This document shows, one piece after another, positions 1 to 10,653 of a DNA stretch of 64,000 bases; position 1 is the stretch's first letter, and each line of letters starts with the position of its first letter. Source of the DNA: an uncultured cyanobacterium. Lineage in GTDB: Bacteria > Cyanobacteriota > Cyanobacteriia > Cyanobacteriales > CAWUOF01. The notes beneath the pieces were generated by a model that was given only the letters and a program-made list of their open reading frames with translations, had not been told where the DNA came from and made no database searches. The stretch spans positions 7,360,001-7,424,000 of the forward strand of contig CAVUSO010000001.1 in the NCBI GenBank assembly GCA_963744145.1, in the 5' to 3' direction. The position numbers and the translations under genes were made by a program.

Positions 1-1000
1 TAAAGACTTTGTACCTACACCAGATTTGAAAATTAAAGGAGAAGAGGTTACTCGCAAAATATCTCAGCAAGTGCGAAAAGAAGGTAACTTACAAATGATG
101 CGATCGCATCCAAATTCTTATTTTAGTGCTTATGATGTAAAATCTCATTTGCGAGTAATCACTAAAATGGGAATTGATCTAGCTTTTATTTATCCAACTT
201 GTGGATTGTGGTTATTTGCGATCGATACTTTACCTCCAGAAGTAATAGGTGCTTTTACCCATGCGTATAATACTTGGTTATATGAAGAATTTTGTAGCTA
301 TAATCCGGCGGTATTAAAAGGGGTGGGAGCGATTAATCTCCATGCACCTGAGCAAATGGTTTCTGAAGTAAATTATATTGCTGAATTTGGCTGGAAAGCT
401 GTTTTTTTAAGACCTAATCCGATCCGAGGAAGAATTTTGAGTGATCCTGTCTATGAACCATTTTGGACAGCTTGTGAAGAGTTAAATATCGCAGTGGGAA
501 TCCATGAAGGAACTCATAGTAGTTTACCAACTACAGGAATGGAGAGATTTAATACTCGTTTTGGGATGCACGCTTGTTCTCATCCACTGGAAAATATGAT
601 GGCATTATTAGCTTTAATTGAAGGAGGAGTATTAGAGCGTCATCCCCAATTGAGAGTAGCGTTTTTAGAATGTGGTTGTGGTTGGGTTCCCTATTGGCTC
701 TGGAGATTAGATCAAGAATATAAAAATTTGCATTGGGAAGTAGCAAATAATGTGAGAATGTTACCTTCTGATTACTTCCGTCGTCAGTGTTTTGTCGCTG
801 TTGAACCTTCTGAACTTTATCTAGCTCAAATTATCGAATATATTGGGGCTGATAACTTAATTTTTGGTTCTGATTATCCTCACATGGATCACAATCCGAA
901 TATAGTTCAGGATTTACTAGCACTAGAAGCAACTTTATCCAAAGAAATTATCAACAAAATAGTTTGGGATAATCCCCAGCGTTTTTATAACTTAGTTTAA
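1..1000 (+). CDS. Amidohydrolase family protein (Amidohydro_2), 5' end probably outside window
   Basis: Frame is open back to the window edge; motifs VGIHEG, FLECGCGWVP and FGSDYPH are typical of amidohydrolase_2. Confidence 0.85.
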   Translation, partial: KDFVPTPDLKIKGEEVTRKISQQVRKEGNLQMMRSHPNSYFSAYDVKSHLRVITKMGIDLAFIYPTCGLWLFAIDTLPPEVIGAFTHAYNTWLYEEFCSYNPAVLKGVGAINLHAPEQMVSEVNYIAEFGWKAVFLRPNPIRGRILSDPVYEPFWTACEELNIAVGIHEGTHSSLPTTGMERFNTRFGMHACSHPLENMMALLALIEGGVLERHPQLRVAFLECGCGWVPYWLWRLDQEYKNLHWEVANNVRMLPSDYFRRQCFVAVEPSELYLAQIIEYIGADNLIFGSDYPHMDHNPNIVQDLLALEATLSKEIINKIVWDNPQRFYNLV

Positions 1001-1247
1001 TTGGTGAAAGAAATAGCCAATGTATCTCACTTTTAGGATAATAATGTCTCACTCACAATGCTGATTTTGAACTTATGTGATATGTGATAGATCAAACACC
1101 ACCCCAAATATTAGCCAATTTCAATTTCCCTGCTTAAATTTCACTCTCCTTTTCGCTTTTACCGCAGCATTAATTTAATTGTGTAACTCCTGATATAGGA
1201 GTAAGTATGGTAGGATTCTCAATGTAAATTTTATCAACTCGACGAAA

Positions 1248-1604
1248 ATGAAAATAGCTCGTACAGTCCTATTACCAATGACCATGACTGCTCTGGGTTT
1301 AGCTTCAATGTTATCTCCAGCTTTTGGAGAAGAACAATGGTATTTTTATGTTACTAACAATACTGGAGCAACACTTACAGAATTGGTTGCATCCCAAGGA
1401 GATCAATCGGGTAGCTTTGATCTTAATGGGGGAATTCCAACAGGTAAAACAGTAAAAATACTTTGGGCACAACATACCAATGATCTACCTTGTAAAGCAT
1501 TACTAAAAGCTCACTTCGATGATGGTTCAGACAGTAAGTCTGCTGAATTTGATTTTTGCAAGAATTTAGACGATCCGATTGTTTTTTCTAAGTCGAATAA
1601 TTGA
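1248..1604 (+). CDS. Secreted hypothetical protein
   Basis: 118-aa ORF with basic/hydrophobic signal peptide ending SPAFG; two Cys in the mature part. Confidence 0.65.
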   Translation: MKIARTVLLPMTMTALGLASMLSPAFGEEQWYFYVTNNTGATLTELVASQGDQSGSFDLNGGIPTGKTVKILWAQHTNDLPCKALLKAHFDDGSDSKSAEFDFCKNLDDPIVFSKSNN

Positions 1605-1614
1605 TTACTATGAA

Positions 1615-1649
1615 AGCGATCGCTTTTTGTTAATTAAAAAGGCGATCGC
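1615..1649 (+). terminator. Hairpin built from two HIP1 sites, probable terminator
   Basis: GCGATCGC-TTTTTG...TAAAAAG-GCGATCGC inverted repeat directly after the stop at 1604. Confidence 0.4.
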
Positions 1650-1673
1650 ATTTGACCATAAGATGTAAAAACT

Positions 1674-2234
1674 ATGTCAATTACAGAAAAAGTCTACTGG
1701 ACAAGCGGTGATTTAGAATTCTTACCTGATAATGGCAACCGTTATGAGATAATTGCAGGAGACTTATTTGTGACAAGAGCACCGCACTGGAAACATCAAA
1801 AAATTGCTGGTAATACTTGCACAGTGTTAAATAATTGGTCGAAACAGACGGGTTTAGGTGAAGCTGTAATAGCACCAGGTATTATCTTCACTGATGCTGA
1901 TAATGTTATTCCTGATGTGGTTTGGGTAAGCAATGAACGTTTAGCAAAATTATTAGATAATGCGGGACATTTGATTGCTGCACCCGAGTTAGTGGTAGAA
2001 GTGATGTCTCCAGGGGAAGAAAATGAAAAACGCGATCGGCAGTCAAAGTTAAAGTTATATTCAACTCAAGGAGTACGGGAATATTGGATTTTTGACTGGA
2101 AGCAGCAAAAAATTGAAGTTTACCGTCGGGAAAACGGGGTGTTAAAATTAGCAATGACCTTGTTTAAAGAAGATCATTTAACCAGTCCTTTGTTACCAAA
2201 TTTTCATGTATTGGTAGGGGAATTGTTTGAGTAG
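1674..2234 (+). CDS. Uma2 family (DUF820) endonuclease-fold protein
   Basis: RYEIIAGDL, PDVVWVS, APELVVEVMSPG, KLKLYSTQGVREYWI motifs. Confidence 0.92.
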   Translation: MSITEKVYWTSGDLEFLPDNGNRYEIIAGDLFVTRAPHWKHQKIAGNTCTVLNNWSKQTGLGEAVIAPGIIFTDADNVIPDVVWVSNERLAKLLDNAGHLIAAPELVVEVMSPGEENEKRDRQSKLKLYSTQGVREYWIFDWKQQKIEVYRRENGVLKLAMTLFKEDHLTSPLLPNFHVLVGELFE

Positions 2235-2246
2235 AGATGATCACAA

Positions 2247-3020
2247 TTATTTTCGATCGCTAAAAGGAGCTAACCACTTCATAATTTCTTTTTTTAGCTG
2301 ATATAAATCTTGATAAACTTCTTGCTTAAACCATTGCCCAATTACATCTAGAGGTGTAAAATCTTTGCCTAATTTTGGCCAACTCAGATTTTGACTTAAA
2401 GGTGTGGTATGACTTCCTGTTAAAGTTCTGACTGTAATGAAATCAGGAAAACGTTGTTGGAGCAATTCACTTAATGGTAGGGTTTGATCAAGAGTATCGA
2501 GAGAGAACTTAATTAATAAATTTCTTCGGACTTGATAATCTTTACTAATAATTCGCTGAGTTTCTAAGGGAGAAGGAGTAAATTCTACCTCAAATACTGG
2601 GGAGATTTGCTCTAATAAAGGAATCGAGTCTCGAGCTGCATAATTATTAAAAGAAATGAGAATATTACCGGAACGCTGAATTGGAAATAAACTGCCAATT
2701 AATAATTGGATTTTTGCCCCCATGCTATGTCCTAAACCATAGATAGAAAGATATCGTCGTCGTAATGCAGAAGTAGCATATAAGCGATCGAGGGTATTTT
2801 CAAAATTATGTAATACAGTCTGAGCGATATCAATGTGGTCTAAGGTATTGACAAAAGGAGTCGCAATGATTACATATCCTTCCCTAGCTAATTCCTCTAA
2901 TAACCAACGATAAGTCAAATGGGGTGCTGTTGCGACCAATGCACCTCCCAGAAAATGGACGATCGCTACTGGTCGAGTGGGAATTAACACCCAGCTACCA
3001 TAAATTTCTTGCCAGTTCAT
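2247..3020 (-). CDS. DUF1350 family alpha/beta-hydrolase-like protein
   Basis: IVHFLGGA, P-x-LTYRWLLE, GLGHSMGAK and HTTP motifs of this cyanobacterial/plant family. Confidence 0.85.
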   Translation of the reverse strand: MNWQEIYGSWVLIPTRPVAIVHFLGGALVATAPHLTYRWLLEELAREGYVIIATPFVNTLDHIDIAQTVLHNFENTLDRLYATSALRRRYLSIYGLGHSMGAKIQLLIGSLFPIQRSGNILISFNNYAARDSIPLLEQISPVFEVEFTPSPLETQRIISKDYQVRRNLLIKFSLDTLDQTLPLSELLQQRFPDFITVRTLTGSHTTPLSQNLSWPKLGKDFTPLDVIGQWFKQEVYQDLYQLKKEIMKWLAPFSDRK

Positions 3021-3117
3021 GATAAAATAGTTGATATGGCTTAATCAAATTGTCAGGGGTTCTCGTTGTCTTAATTAAGCATATCGCGATCGCCCCTCAT
3101 CCTATCATCCTATATAT

Positions 3118-6100
3118 ATGCTAAATCTAGATGCAATAATTAAAACTTGGCTAAAATTTATAGTATTGGTATGGCTAGGAATTGCGATCGCTGGATGTAG
3201 TGTCACTAATATTTTCCCAAATCGAGAGTCCCTACCAGAAGTTTCCCCTGTCAGTCTCCCCAAACTTCCCGATTGGATTGAAGAAATTAGTCCCAAGGGA
3301 AAAGCTGAACCCTTAGCTCAAATTTGGATCAGTTTTCACGATCCACTCATCCCGATCGAAAGTCTTGATTCCCCCGATATATCCGCAAAACTAAAACAAT
3401 TTGAAATCTTACCACCCTTACCAGGAGAATTTCGATTTTTAACTCCACGGATGGTAGGATTTCAAGCATCCCAAGCACTTCCAAAAGCAAGTCGGATTAA
3501 AATTACCCTCAAAGCAGGTTTATCGGATCTGAAAAATCACCGTCTTGATCAAGATTTAGCCTGGACATTTAATACAGAACCAATTAATCTAACTATTAAA
3601 ACGGGGAGGGAGCCAGAAAATTATAATCAAAGTGTTAATTTAAAACCAACGATAGCAGTTACTTCTAATGTCGAACTAAATTTAGACTCAATTAACCAAC
3701 AGGTTAGTCTAACTCCCGAAGGAAAAAATACTAGCATTCCTTTAAAAGTAGAATTAAAACCAGCAGATTCCCCATTAAAACCCCAGCGTAAGTTTGATCC
3801 ATCACTACAGAACTGGATTTACCATGTAACTCCCCAGCAAAATCTTGATCAAGCAACTCGTTATAGCTTAGAATTTTCTCCCGGATTACGTCCAGAAAAG
3901 GGAAATCTATCTAGTACGATCGCTTTTGGAAGTCAGTTTACCACCTATGCACCTTTAAAATTTGCCGAAATTAAACTGGTGAATCAACCGACTGAAGGTG
4001 ATTCCAGTGCTAGATTTGTTAAAGGTAGTGCTGATTTAGTATTTAACAACAATATTATTCCTGATTCAGCTCGTGAAAATATTACCATTAATCCAGCGAT
4101 CGCTAAAGACAGACCAAAATTTATCCGTATAGATGATCACAGTAACTCTGTCAGTATCAATCCCTGGTCATTAGAACCCAAAACTAATTATACAATTAAT
4201 ATTGGAGCTAACCTCAAGGATGAATTCGGACAAACTTTAGGGAAACCAATGACAGTGAAATATGAAACTGGAGATGTAGCACCTGACATTTGGGCACCAT
4301 CAGGATTACATATTTTTCCAACCGGAAAAGATTTACAATTAAATATTTCTACGGTTAATCTACCCGAAGCAAAATATCAAGCAGCATTTAAAGTAGTCCA
4401 ACCAACTGATTTAGTTTATACAGATTCAGCCTATTTTACTACCGAAGGAATTAATTTATTACCTAATCCCAAAACTTGGTCAAGTTTTCCAGTCAAAAGC
4501 AAATTAAATCAGGCTCAAGATATAACAATTCCATTGAGAAAACAATTAGGTACTGATACGGGAATGTTAGCTTATGGAGTAAAAGCAAAAACTAATCGTT
4601 ACTGGGAAAAAGGTAAACAATTATGGAGAGAACCAGAAAATTATGGCATAGTACAGTTAACTAATTTGGGAGTATTTGCTCAATGGTTTCCTGATTCTGG
4701 TTTAATCAGAGTTAATCATTTAACTGATGGTGCTGCTGTTGCTAATTCATCCGTGGAAATATATGAATCTAAATTAGATGCAAAATCTTATCCTCAACCA
4801 AGTCCCTGTGCCAATGGAAAAACTGATCAGACTGGTATATTACTATTAAATAGTCAAGATTTGCAAAAATGTTTACAAGATAACCCCACCTTTACTGAAG
4901 CACCGAACCTATTAGTAATTGCTCGGGAAGGTAAAGATTGGGCATTTGTTAGGACTTTAAGTTATAGTGGTGCTTACGGTTATGGGATTAATGGAGGATG
5001 GAATAGTGGAAAACCGGAATCAAGGGGAATAATTTTCTCCGATCGACAGCTTTATCAACCAGGAGAAAAAGTTCAAACTACTACAGTTGCTTATTATCTA
5101 CAAAATGGTACGATCAAGCAAGATCAAAAAACTCGCTATACAGTAACTATAGAAAGTCCAGATGGTAAAAAGACCGATCTCGGTACTCAGATCACTAATA
5201 ACTTTGGCACTTTTTCATTAGAAATACCCCTCAAACCTAATCAACCTCTTGGTTATTATGCTCTTCGTGCTAAAGGAGAAAGTGGTGCAGAAATTACTGG
5301 TCAATTTCGAGTAGCAGAATTTAAACCACCGAATTTCAAAGTAGATTTAAAACTAGATCAAGAATTGGCACTAGTTAATGATAAAATTACCGCTAATGCT
5401 ACCAGTAATTACCTATTTGGAGCACCAGTTATGGGTGGGAAATCCACCTATTATGTGACTCGTCAGAAAGTAGAATTTATTCCAAAAGGATGGGAAAAAT
5501 TTGCTTTTGGCCCTCAATGGTTTTGGCCCGAAGAAAGTCCTACTGTTCCTAGTGATGTATTACAGCAACCCCAAACTTTAAATGAAACAGGTAAATCCAG
5601 TCAGACTATTAATATAGCAAACGATTTACCTTATCCGATGAAATATCGGGTCGATGTAGAAGTAGTTGATGTATCTAATCTATCTGTATCAAACTCCCAG
5701 ACTTTTACTGCTCTTCCTAGCGATCGCTTAATTGGTTTACAAAGTAATTTTGTTGCTGATGCTAATAAAGCTGTTCCAATTCAAGTTATTGTGACCGATC
5801 CGACAGGAAAAGTAAAAGAAGGTGAAACAGTACGGATAGAATTGCAACAGATGAAATATAACAGCGTCACCCAAGTAATAGAAGGAAGCAAAACTCCTCG
5901 GAATCAAATAGAATATAAAACGATCGCTAAAACAGAAATAAAATCAGCAGCTACCCCCCAATCGATCGCACTAATTCCTCGTGAGTCAGGTTCTTATCGT
6001 ATCCGAGCAAATTTTACTGATGCTAAAGATGATCTGACTGTAACTGACTTACAAATTTGGGTAAGTGGTGATAATCAAGTCAGATGGGAACATAAAAACT

Positions 6101-8850
6101 CACGGGAAAATTATTTAGAAGTTAAATTAGATCAAGACTCCTATAAAGTAGGTGAAACCGCAACAGCTTTAATTCAATCACCCTATCCAGAAGCAGAATT
6201 ATATTTTGCTGTAGTACGTCATAAAATTCTCTATCAAAGCATCACTAAAGTTAAAGGTGGTGCCCCACAAATTAAGTTTACTGTAACTCCAGAAATGTTA
6301 CCTAATGCAGCAGTAGAAGCAGTTTTAGTACGTCAAGGTGTCCCTTTAAACCAGGTAGAACCAGACACATTAGAAAACTTAATGCAAGTCGGGTTTGCTC
6401 CCTTTAAAACCAGTTTAGAAGATAAATATTTACAAGTACAAGTTACTCCTACCCAAGCACAAGTCGAACCCGGTACAGAGCAAACAGTACAACTACAATT
6501 GCAAGATCATCAAAATCATCCAGTCTCAGGACAATTTACTGTGATGGTAGTAAATGAATCAGTATTGCAATTAAGTGGTTATCATCCACCAGATTTAGTC
6601 AAAACTATCTATGCACAACAAGCAATTTCCACTCGTTTCGGAGATAATCGTAGCGATGTAGTCTTAGAACCAATGTCTTCACCTCTAGCAAAAGGATGGG
6701 GTTATGGAGGTGGATTTTCTACAGCAGCAGCTAATACTCGTACTCGTAAAGATTTTCAAGCTTTAGCTTATTATAATGGCTCAATTCTTACCGATCCAAA
6801 AGGAAAAGCTCAGATTAACTTTAAATTACCAGATGATCTGACTACCTGGAGAATAATGGCAATTGCTAGTAGTGAAGACCTAAGATTTGGTAATGGGGAT
6901 GCGACATTTATCACAACTAAACCATTAATTTCCAATCCCCTATTACCTCAATTTGCCCGTCCTAGCGATCGCATTGAAATTGGTTTATCTGTTACTAATA
7001 ATACCCAGGAAACTGGAAACTTAGCAATTACCGGTTCTGTCAATGGTGGGATAAAATTTGATCACAATAATCCTACCACGGTCAACCTCAAAACCCAAGC
7101 AAAAACAGGAACTAATGCTTATCATTTTCCCATAGTTGCTATTAACCCTGGTAAATCTCAAGTCAAGTTTACCACGGAATTAAATCATGGAAATGATGCT
7201 TTTGAAGTTCCCTTAGAGGTAAAACCTTTAGAAATTACTGAACAAGTAGTAGAAACAGGAACCACTAACAATCAAGTCAAAATTCCATTAAACGTAGATC
7301 AAAAAGTTGTTTCCAATGTAGGAGGATTAGAAATTTCTCTCGCAAGTACCTTAATCCCAGATATAATTGCACCAGCACAGGAAGTTTTAAATAATGAACA
7401 ATTACCATTTTTAGAACCAACTGCAAGTCAATTAGCGATCGCCACTAATCTGCAAATCTTATCACCAAAATATCATCAATCCTTAGCATCATTCAACCCT
7501 AGTCAAACCGCTACCCAATCGCTGAGTCAATTACAAAAACTCCAACAACCAGATGGTGGTTTTGCTGATTTTCCTGGACAAAAAACCTCCGATCCTTTTC
7601 TTTCTCCTTATACAGCACAAACTTTAGCACAAGCAGCACAAGTTTTTCCTAATTTAGTAGATTCAGGAATGGTGACTGCTCTGAATACTTACCTCAAGAA
7701 AATTCTGGCTGATCCCGGACAATATGAATTCTGTAAACAACAACTTTGTCAAAATCAAATCCGCTTAGAAGCTCTGATCGCTTTAGCAGCAATGGGAGAA
7801 AAACGCAATGATTTTCTGTCAGATATTTATACAGGACGGAATGATTTTGCTCTAGTCAATCAAATCAAACTAGCAAGTTACCTAACTCAATTTCCTGAAT
7901 GGAAACAGCAGTCAAAAACACTCTTTGACAAAATCAAGGAAACCATATATCAAACTGGACGTACAGCAACCATTAATATCCCTGAAAATTGGAATTGGTT
8001 AGGTTCAATTACCACAACCCAAGCACAAGCTTTAAGACTAGCGATCGCCCAAAATAGCAAACCAGAAACCATAGATCGATTACTAACAGGACTCTTAGCA
8101 CTACGACGGAATGGTACTTGGGAAAACACCTACGATAATGCCGAAGCACTCACAGCATTGGTAGAATATAGTAAACTTCAACCCACACCACCAAATTTTA
8201 ATGCTACCGTAAAACTAGCAAACAAAAAATTAGATTCAGAGAAATTTGAAGGTGATCGTCATCCTAATTCATTAACTAATGTCGCAATGGATCAGTTACC
8301 TCGCGATCGCCATGATCTGATCTTAGAAAAATCCGGTCAAGGTACACTACATTATTTAGTAGCTTATCGCTATCGCTTACAAGGAAATCAACCAGGACGG
8401 TTTAACGGTTTACGAGTAACGCGAGCAATACGTGGAGCAAATCAGACAGAAATATTACGACAAATAGGAATGTATGCAACAGATGAACCTTTAAGTGTAG
8501 CAGCAGGACAAGTATTTGATATTGGGTTAGAAATTATCGCTGATCATCCCATGAATCAAGTAGTAATAACTGATTATCTTCCAGCCGGATTTGAAGCAAT
8601 AGATACTAGTTTTAAAACTGCTACTAAAGCAGTGAAAGTAGAAAAGGACGATTTTGGATTTAAAAATATCTATCGCGATCGGATAGTTGCTTATAGCGAT
8701 CGACTATCACCAGGAATTTATAGCCTACATTATCTAGTACGTTCAGTGACACCAGGCACATTTATCTGGCCCGGTGCTGAAGCTCATTTACAATATAGCC
8801 CAGAAGAATTTGGGCGATCGGCTTCATCCAGTTTAGTGATCAAAGAATAA
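3118..8850 (+). CDS. Alpha-2-macroglobulin family (MG2) lipoprotein
   Basis: 1910 aa; lipobox IAGC; DRQLYQPGE, AEFKPPNFKV, LPDDLTTWRI, LQQPDGGF, YSPEEFGRS motifs. Confidence 0.93.
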   Translation: MLNLDAIIKTWLKFIVLVWLGIAIAGCSVTNIFPNRESLPEVSPVSLPKLPDWIEEISPKGKAEPLAQIWISFHDPLIPIESLDSPDISAKLKQFEILPPLPGEFRFLTPRMVGFQASQALPKASRIKITLKAGLSDLKNHRLDQDLAWTFNTEPINLTIKTGREPENYNQSVNLKPTIAVTSNVELNLDSINQQVSLTPEGKNTSIPLKVELKPADSPLKPQRKFDPSLQNWIYHVTPQQNLDQATRYSLEFSPGLRPEKGNLSSTIAFGSQFTTYAPLKFAEIKLVNQPTEGDSSARFVKGSADLVFNNNIIPDSARENITINPAIAKDRPKFIRIDDHSNSVSINPWSLEPKTNYTINIGANLKDEFGQTLGKPMTVKYETGDVAPDIWAPSGLHIFPTGKDLQLNISTVNLPEAKYQAAFKVVQPTDLVYTDSAYFTTEGINLLPNPKTWSSFPVKSKLNQAQDITIPLRKQLGTDTGMLAYGVKAKTNRYWEKGKQLWREPENYGIVQLTNLGVFAQWFPDSGLIRVNHLTDGAAVANSSVEIYESKLDAKSYPQPSPCANGKTDQTGILLLNSQDLQKCLQDNPTFTEAPNLLVIAREGKDWAFVRTLSYSGAYGYGINGGWNSGKPESRGIIFSDRQLYQPGEKVQTTTVAYYLQNGTIKQDQKTRYTVTIESPDGKKTDLGTQITNNFGTFSLEIPLKPNQPLGYYALRAKGESGAEITGQFRVAEFKPPNFKVDLKLDQELALVNDKITANATSNYLFGAPVMGGKSTYYVTRQKVEFIPKGWEKFAFGPQWFWPEESPTVPSDVLQQPQTLNETGKSSQTINIANDLPYPMKYRVDVEVVDVSNLSVSNSQTFTALPSDRLIGLQSNFVADANKAVPIQVIVTDPTGKVKEGETVRIELQQMKYNSVTQVIEGSKTPRNQIEYKTIAKTEIKSAATPQSIALIPRESGSYRIRANFTDAKDDLTVTDLQIWVSGDNQVRWEHKNSRENYLEVKLDQDSYKVGETATALIQSPYPEAELYFAVVRHKILYQSITKVKGGAPQIKFTVTPEMLPNAAVEAVLVRQGVPLNQVEPDTLENLMQVGFAPFKTSLEDKYLQVQVTPTQAQVEPGTEQTVQLQLQDHQNHPVSGQFTVMVVNESVLQLSGYHPPDLVKTIYAQQAISTRFGDNRSDVVLEPMSSPLAKGWGYGGGFSTAAANTRTRKDFQALAYYNGSILTDPKGKAQINFKLPDDLTTWRIMAIASSEDLRFGNGDATFITTKPLISNPLLPQFARPSDRIEIGLSVTNNTQETGNLAITGSVNGGIKFDHNNPTTVNLKTQAKTGTNAYHFPIVAINPGKSQVKFTTELNHGNDAFEVPLEVKPLEITEQVVETGTTNNQVKIPLNVDQKVVSNVGGLEISLASTLIPDIIAPAQEVLNNEQLPFLEPTASQLAIATNLQILSPKYHQSLASFNPSQTATQSLSQLQKLQQPDGGFADFPGQKTSDPFLSPYTAQTLAQAAQVFPNLVDSGMVTALNTYLKKILADPGQYEFCKQQLCQNQIRLEALIALAAMGEKRNDFLSDIYTGRNDFALVNQIKLASYLTQFPEWKQQSKTLFDKIKETIYQTGRTATINIPENWNWLGSITTTQAQALRLAIAQNSKPETIDRLLTGLLALRRNGTWENTYDNAEALTALVEYSKLQPTPPNFNATVKLANKKLDSEKFEGDRHPNSLTNVAMDQLPRDRHDLILEKSGQGTLHYLVAYRYRLQGNQPGRFNGLRVTRAIRGANQTEILRQIGMYATDEPLSVAAGQVFDIGLEIIADHPMNQVVITDYLPAGFEAIDTSFKTATKAVKVEKDDFGFKNIYRDRIVAYSDRLSPGIYSLHYLVRSVTPGTFIWPGAEAHLQYSPEEFGRSASSSLVIKE

Positions 8851-8895
8851 AATCATCTAAAATTTAGAATAGTTAGATTTTAGGAATATTGCTTA

Positions 8896-9003
8896 ATGAA
8901 TAACGATTTAATCTTGTTTTTGGCTGGGATTGGAGTATTAATTCTCTATCTAATCTTTTCCGCAGCAACAGAGATGGGAACCAAACTCCCTTGGCGAAAA
9001 TAA
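8896..9003 (+). CDS. Small 35-aa single-TM protein (not in ORF track): MNNDLILFLAGIGVLILYLIFSAATEMGTKLPWRK
   Basis: ATG 8896 to TAA 9003, one hydrophobic helix; the duplicated copy of its 3' end differs only at two synonymous positions. Confidence 0.65.
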   Translation: MNNDLILFLAGIGVLILYLIFSAATEMGTKLPWRK

Positions 9004-9006
9004 GAG
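8967..9006 (+). repeat. 40-bp direct repeat, left copy (3' end of small gene)
   Basis: AACAGAGATGGGAACCAAACTCCCTTGGCGAAAATAAGAG, 38/40 identical to 11767-11806. Confidence 0.9.
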
Positions 9007-9023
9007 TAATGTCAGATGGGGTA

Positions 9024-9179
9024 TGTCTCGACTACGCCTTGTGTTGAGCGTAGTCGAAACATCGACACAAGGGTTCATCAAGGTGATCTGTGGGGCAGGG
9101 CGGGTTCATTAATACCTCGACTGCGCTCGGCACAAGGGTTATTTGTGTGTGACAAATTAATCGGTGAACCCGCCCCTAC
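9024..9179. repeat. Cluster of 24-nt small dispersed repeats and a GTAG-type REP hairpin
   Basis: 24-nt unit with an inverted copy inserted (9024-9071); GGGCGGGTTCA...TGAACCCGCCCCTAC hairpin (9097-9179) carrying another unit at 9113-9136. Confidence 0.75.
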
Positions 9180-9266
9180 AGGTGATAAACCTATTCGGAT
9201 CTGGTCTGATTTACCAAAAAAAAATCTGAAATTCAAGATAAAAATATTAGCATTATTCCTAATATT

Positions 9267-10001
9267 TCACTGATCGAAATTAAACTGAGGAAATTTTTCA
9301 CTTAGGCTTTGACCAAAATAATGCTGACACCAAAACTCTGCTATTTCTAACAACATCGGAATCGATTTAGGAATCAACCCTGTCCCAGATAGCGGTTCAT
9401 ACTCTTCTGTACATTCTCGAGCGAGTTTATAAGCCCAGAATTCAAAGTCTGACTTCAAAAAACAACGCAAAGCATAATCAATTTTGAGCAGGTTTCCACT
9501 CCGAACAAAATGAATCGTTGTCCAGTGAACACGACGAATATCATCACCTTGCAAATCCTTAATTTTTTTCAAAATTTTGTAAATTTCTTCGGTATTTTCC
9601 AGCGTAGACTCTTGAGTCTGTTTTTCCATCAATGCGATCGCTTCAGCAACAATTGTTTGATCGAGTTCCCATTCTTCAGATGAGAAATTTTCAGGACAAG
9701 ATTCCTCATTCATCTTTTCTTGGACTCGTTTAGCGATATAAAGACCAAACTTTCTAGTTGCTGATTGATCTGAACAGAGACTTTTGATGCTAACTAAACG
9801 AGTAATAGCTATAGCAAATCTACTAGATTGAAGTTCTTCTACTGTTATCAACCATTTTTTGATAATGTTCGCAATTTTGGTCTGTCCATTTTTTTTCATA
9901 TTAGTCAACCTGGGCAATAATTTCTGCGGTATGTCTTTCAGATCAGATATCTTTGGGGGATAGAATAGAAAGATAGCAAAATTTGGGTAAACTATCTTCA
10001 C
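9267..10001 (-). CDS. Hypothetical protein (true start possibly MKKNGQ at 9899)
   Basis: 244-aa ORF with natural composition; no recognised motif. Confidence 0.65.
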   Translation of the reverse strand: MKIVYPNFAIFLFYPPKISDLKDIPQKLLPRLTNMKKNGQTKIANIIKKWLITVEELQSSRFAIAITRLVSIKSLCSDQSATRKFGLYIAKRVQEKMNEESCPENFSSEEWELDQTIVAEAIALMEKQTQESTLENTEEIYKILKKIKDLQGDDIRRVHWTTIHFVRSGNLLKIDYALRCFLKSDFEFWAYKLARECTEEYEPLSGTGLIPKSIPMLLEIAEFWCQHYFGQSLSEKFPQFNFDQ

Positions 10002-10189
10002 TTGGCAGATTAAGTTTGATTACATTAGAGATAGCGATCGCAATTATATCACAAGCGATCGCCAAAAATTATCACAACTAGAATCGCGAAATCCATTTAT
10101 ACTGTTTGAATAAGGCGATCGCAATATCAACCACCTACTTAAATACTATTATTTACGGATCACCTTGATCAAACTGCCATCATAAAGGA

Positions 10190-10450
10190 ATGAAGACCAC
10201 CAACTATTTTAATAATTTTGCTTCTCAAAAGCATTCTGAAATTCAACCAGAATGGATCGAGCGAGTATTAACCAATCCGGTTAAAAAACAAGTACAAACC
10301 AATAATCGGATATGTTACTGGGGTAATATTGAAGAAGCGGAAGGTCGAGTTTTACGGGTAATTACTCTGGAGGATGGAGAAACTGTTCATAATGCTTTCT
10401 TTGATCGTAACTTTTACAAACGACAACAGCGAGGTGAAGAACCACGATGA
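10190..10450 (+). CDS. Putative type II toxin (DUF4258/RelE-like)
   Basis: 86 aa with RVLRVI and TVHNAFFDR; ATGA overlap with the downstream DUF2283 gene. Confidence 0.65.
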   Translation: MKTTNYFNNFASQKHSEIQPEWIERVLTNPVKKQVQTNNRICYWGNIEEAEGRVLRVITLEDGETVHNAFFDRNFYKRQQRGEEPR

Positions 10451-10653
10451 AGATTCAATATTTTTCTGATACTGATACCTTAGCGATCGCCCTAACCAAC
10501 AAAACCGTAGTTTTTACCGACGCAATTACTGACGATCTCATCTTAGATTATGACGATGAAGGTAAAATAGTCGCTATTACCATCGATAACTATTCTAAAA
10601 ATGTCGATGCTGTTAATCTTCAAACTTTCAATTTACCTGTGTTAAGTCTCTAG
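10447..10653 (+). CDS. DUF2283 domain protein (putative antitoxin)
   Basis: MKIQYFSDTDTLAI...LILDYDDEGKIVAITI is the DUF2283 pattern. Confidence 0.8.
   Translation: MKIQYFSDTDTLAIALTNKTVVFTDAITDDLILDYDDEGKIVAITIDNYSKNVDAVNLQTFNLPVLSL

Noticed and set aside
9016..9273. 85-aa ORF
   Set aside because: Translation of REP and 24-nt repeat sequence
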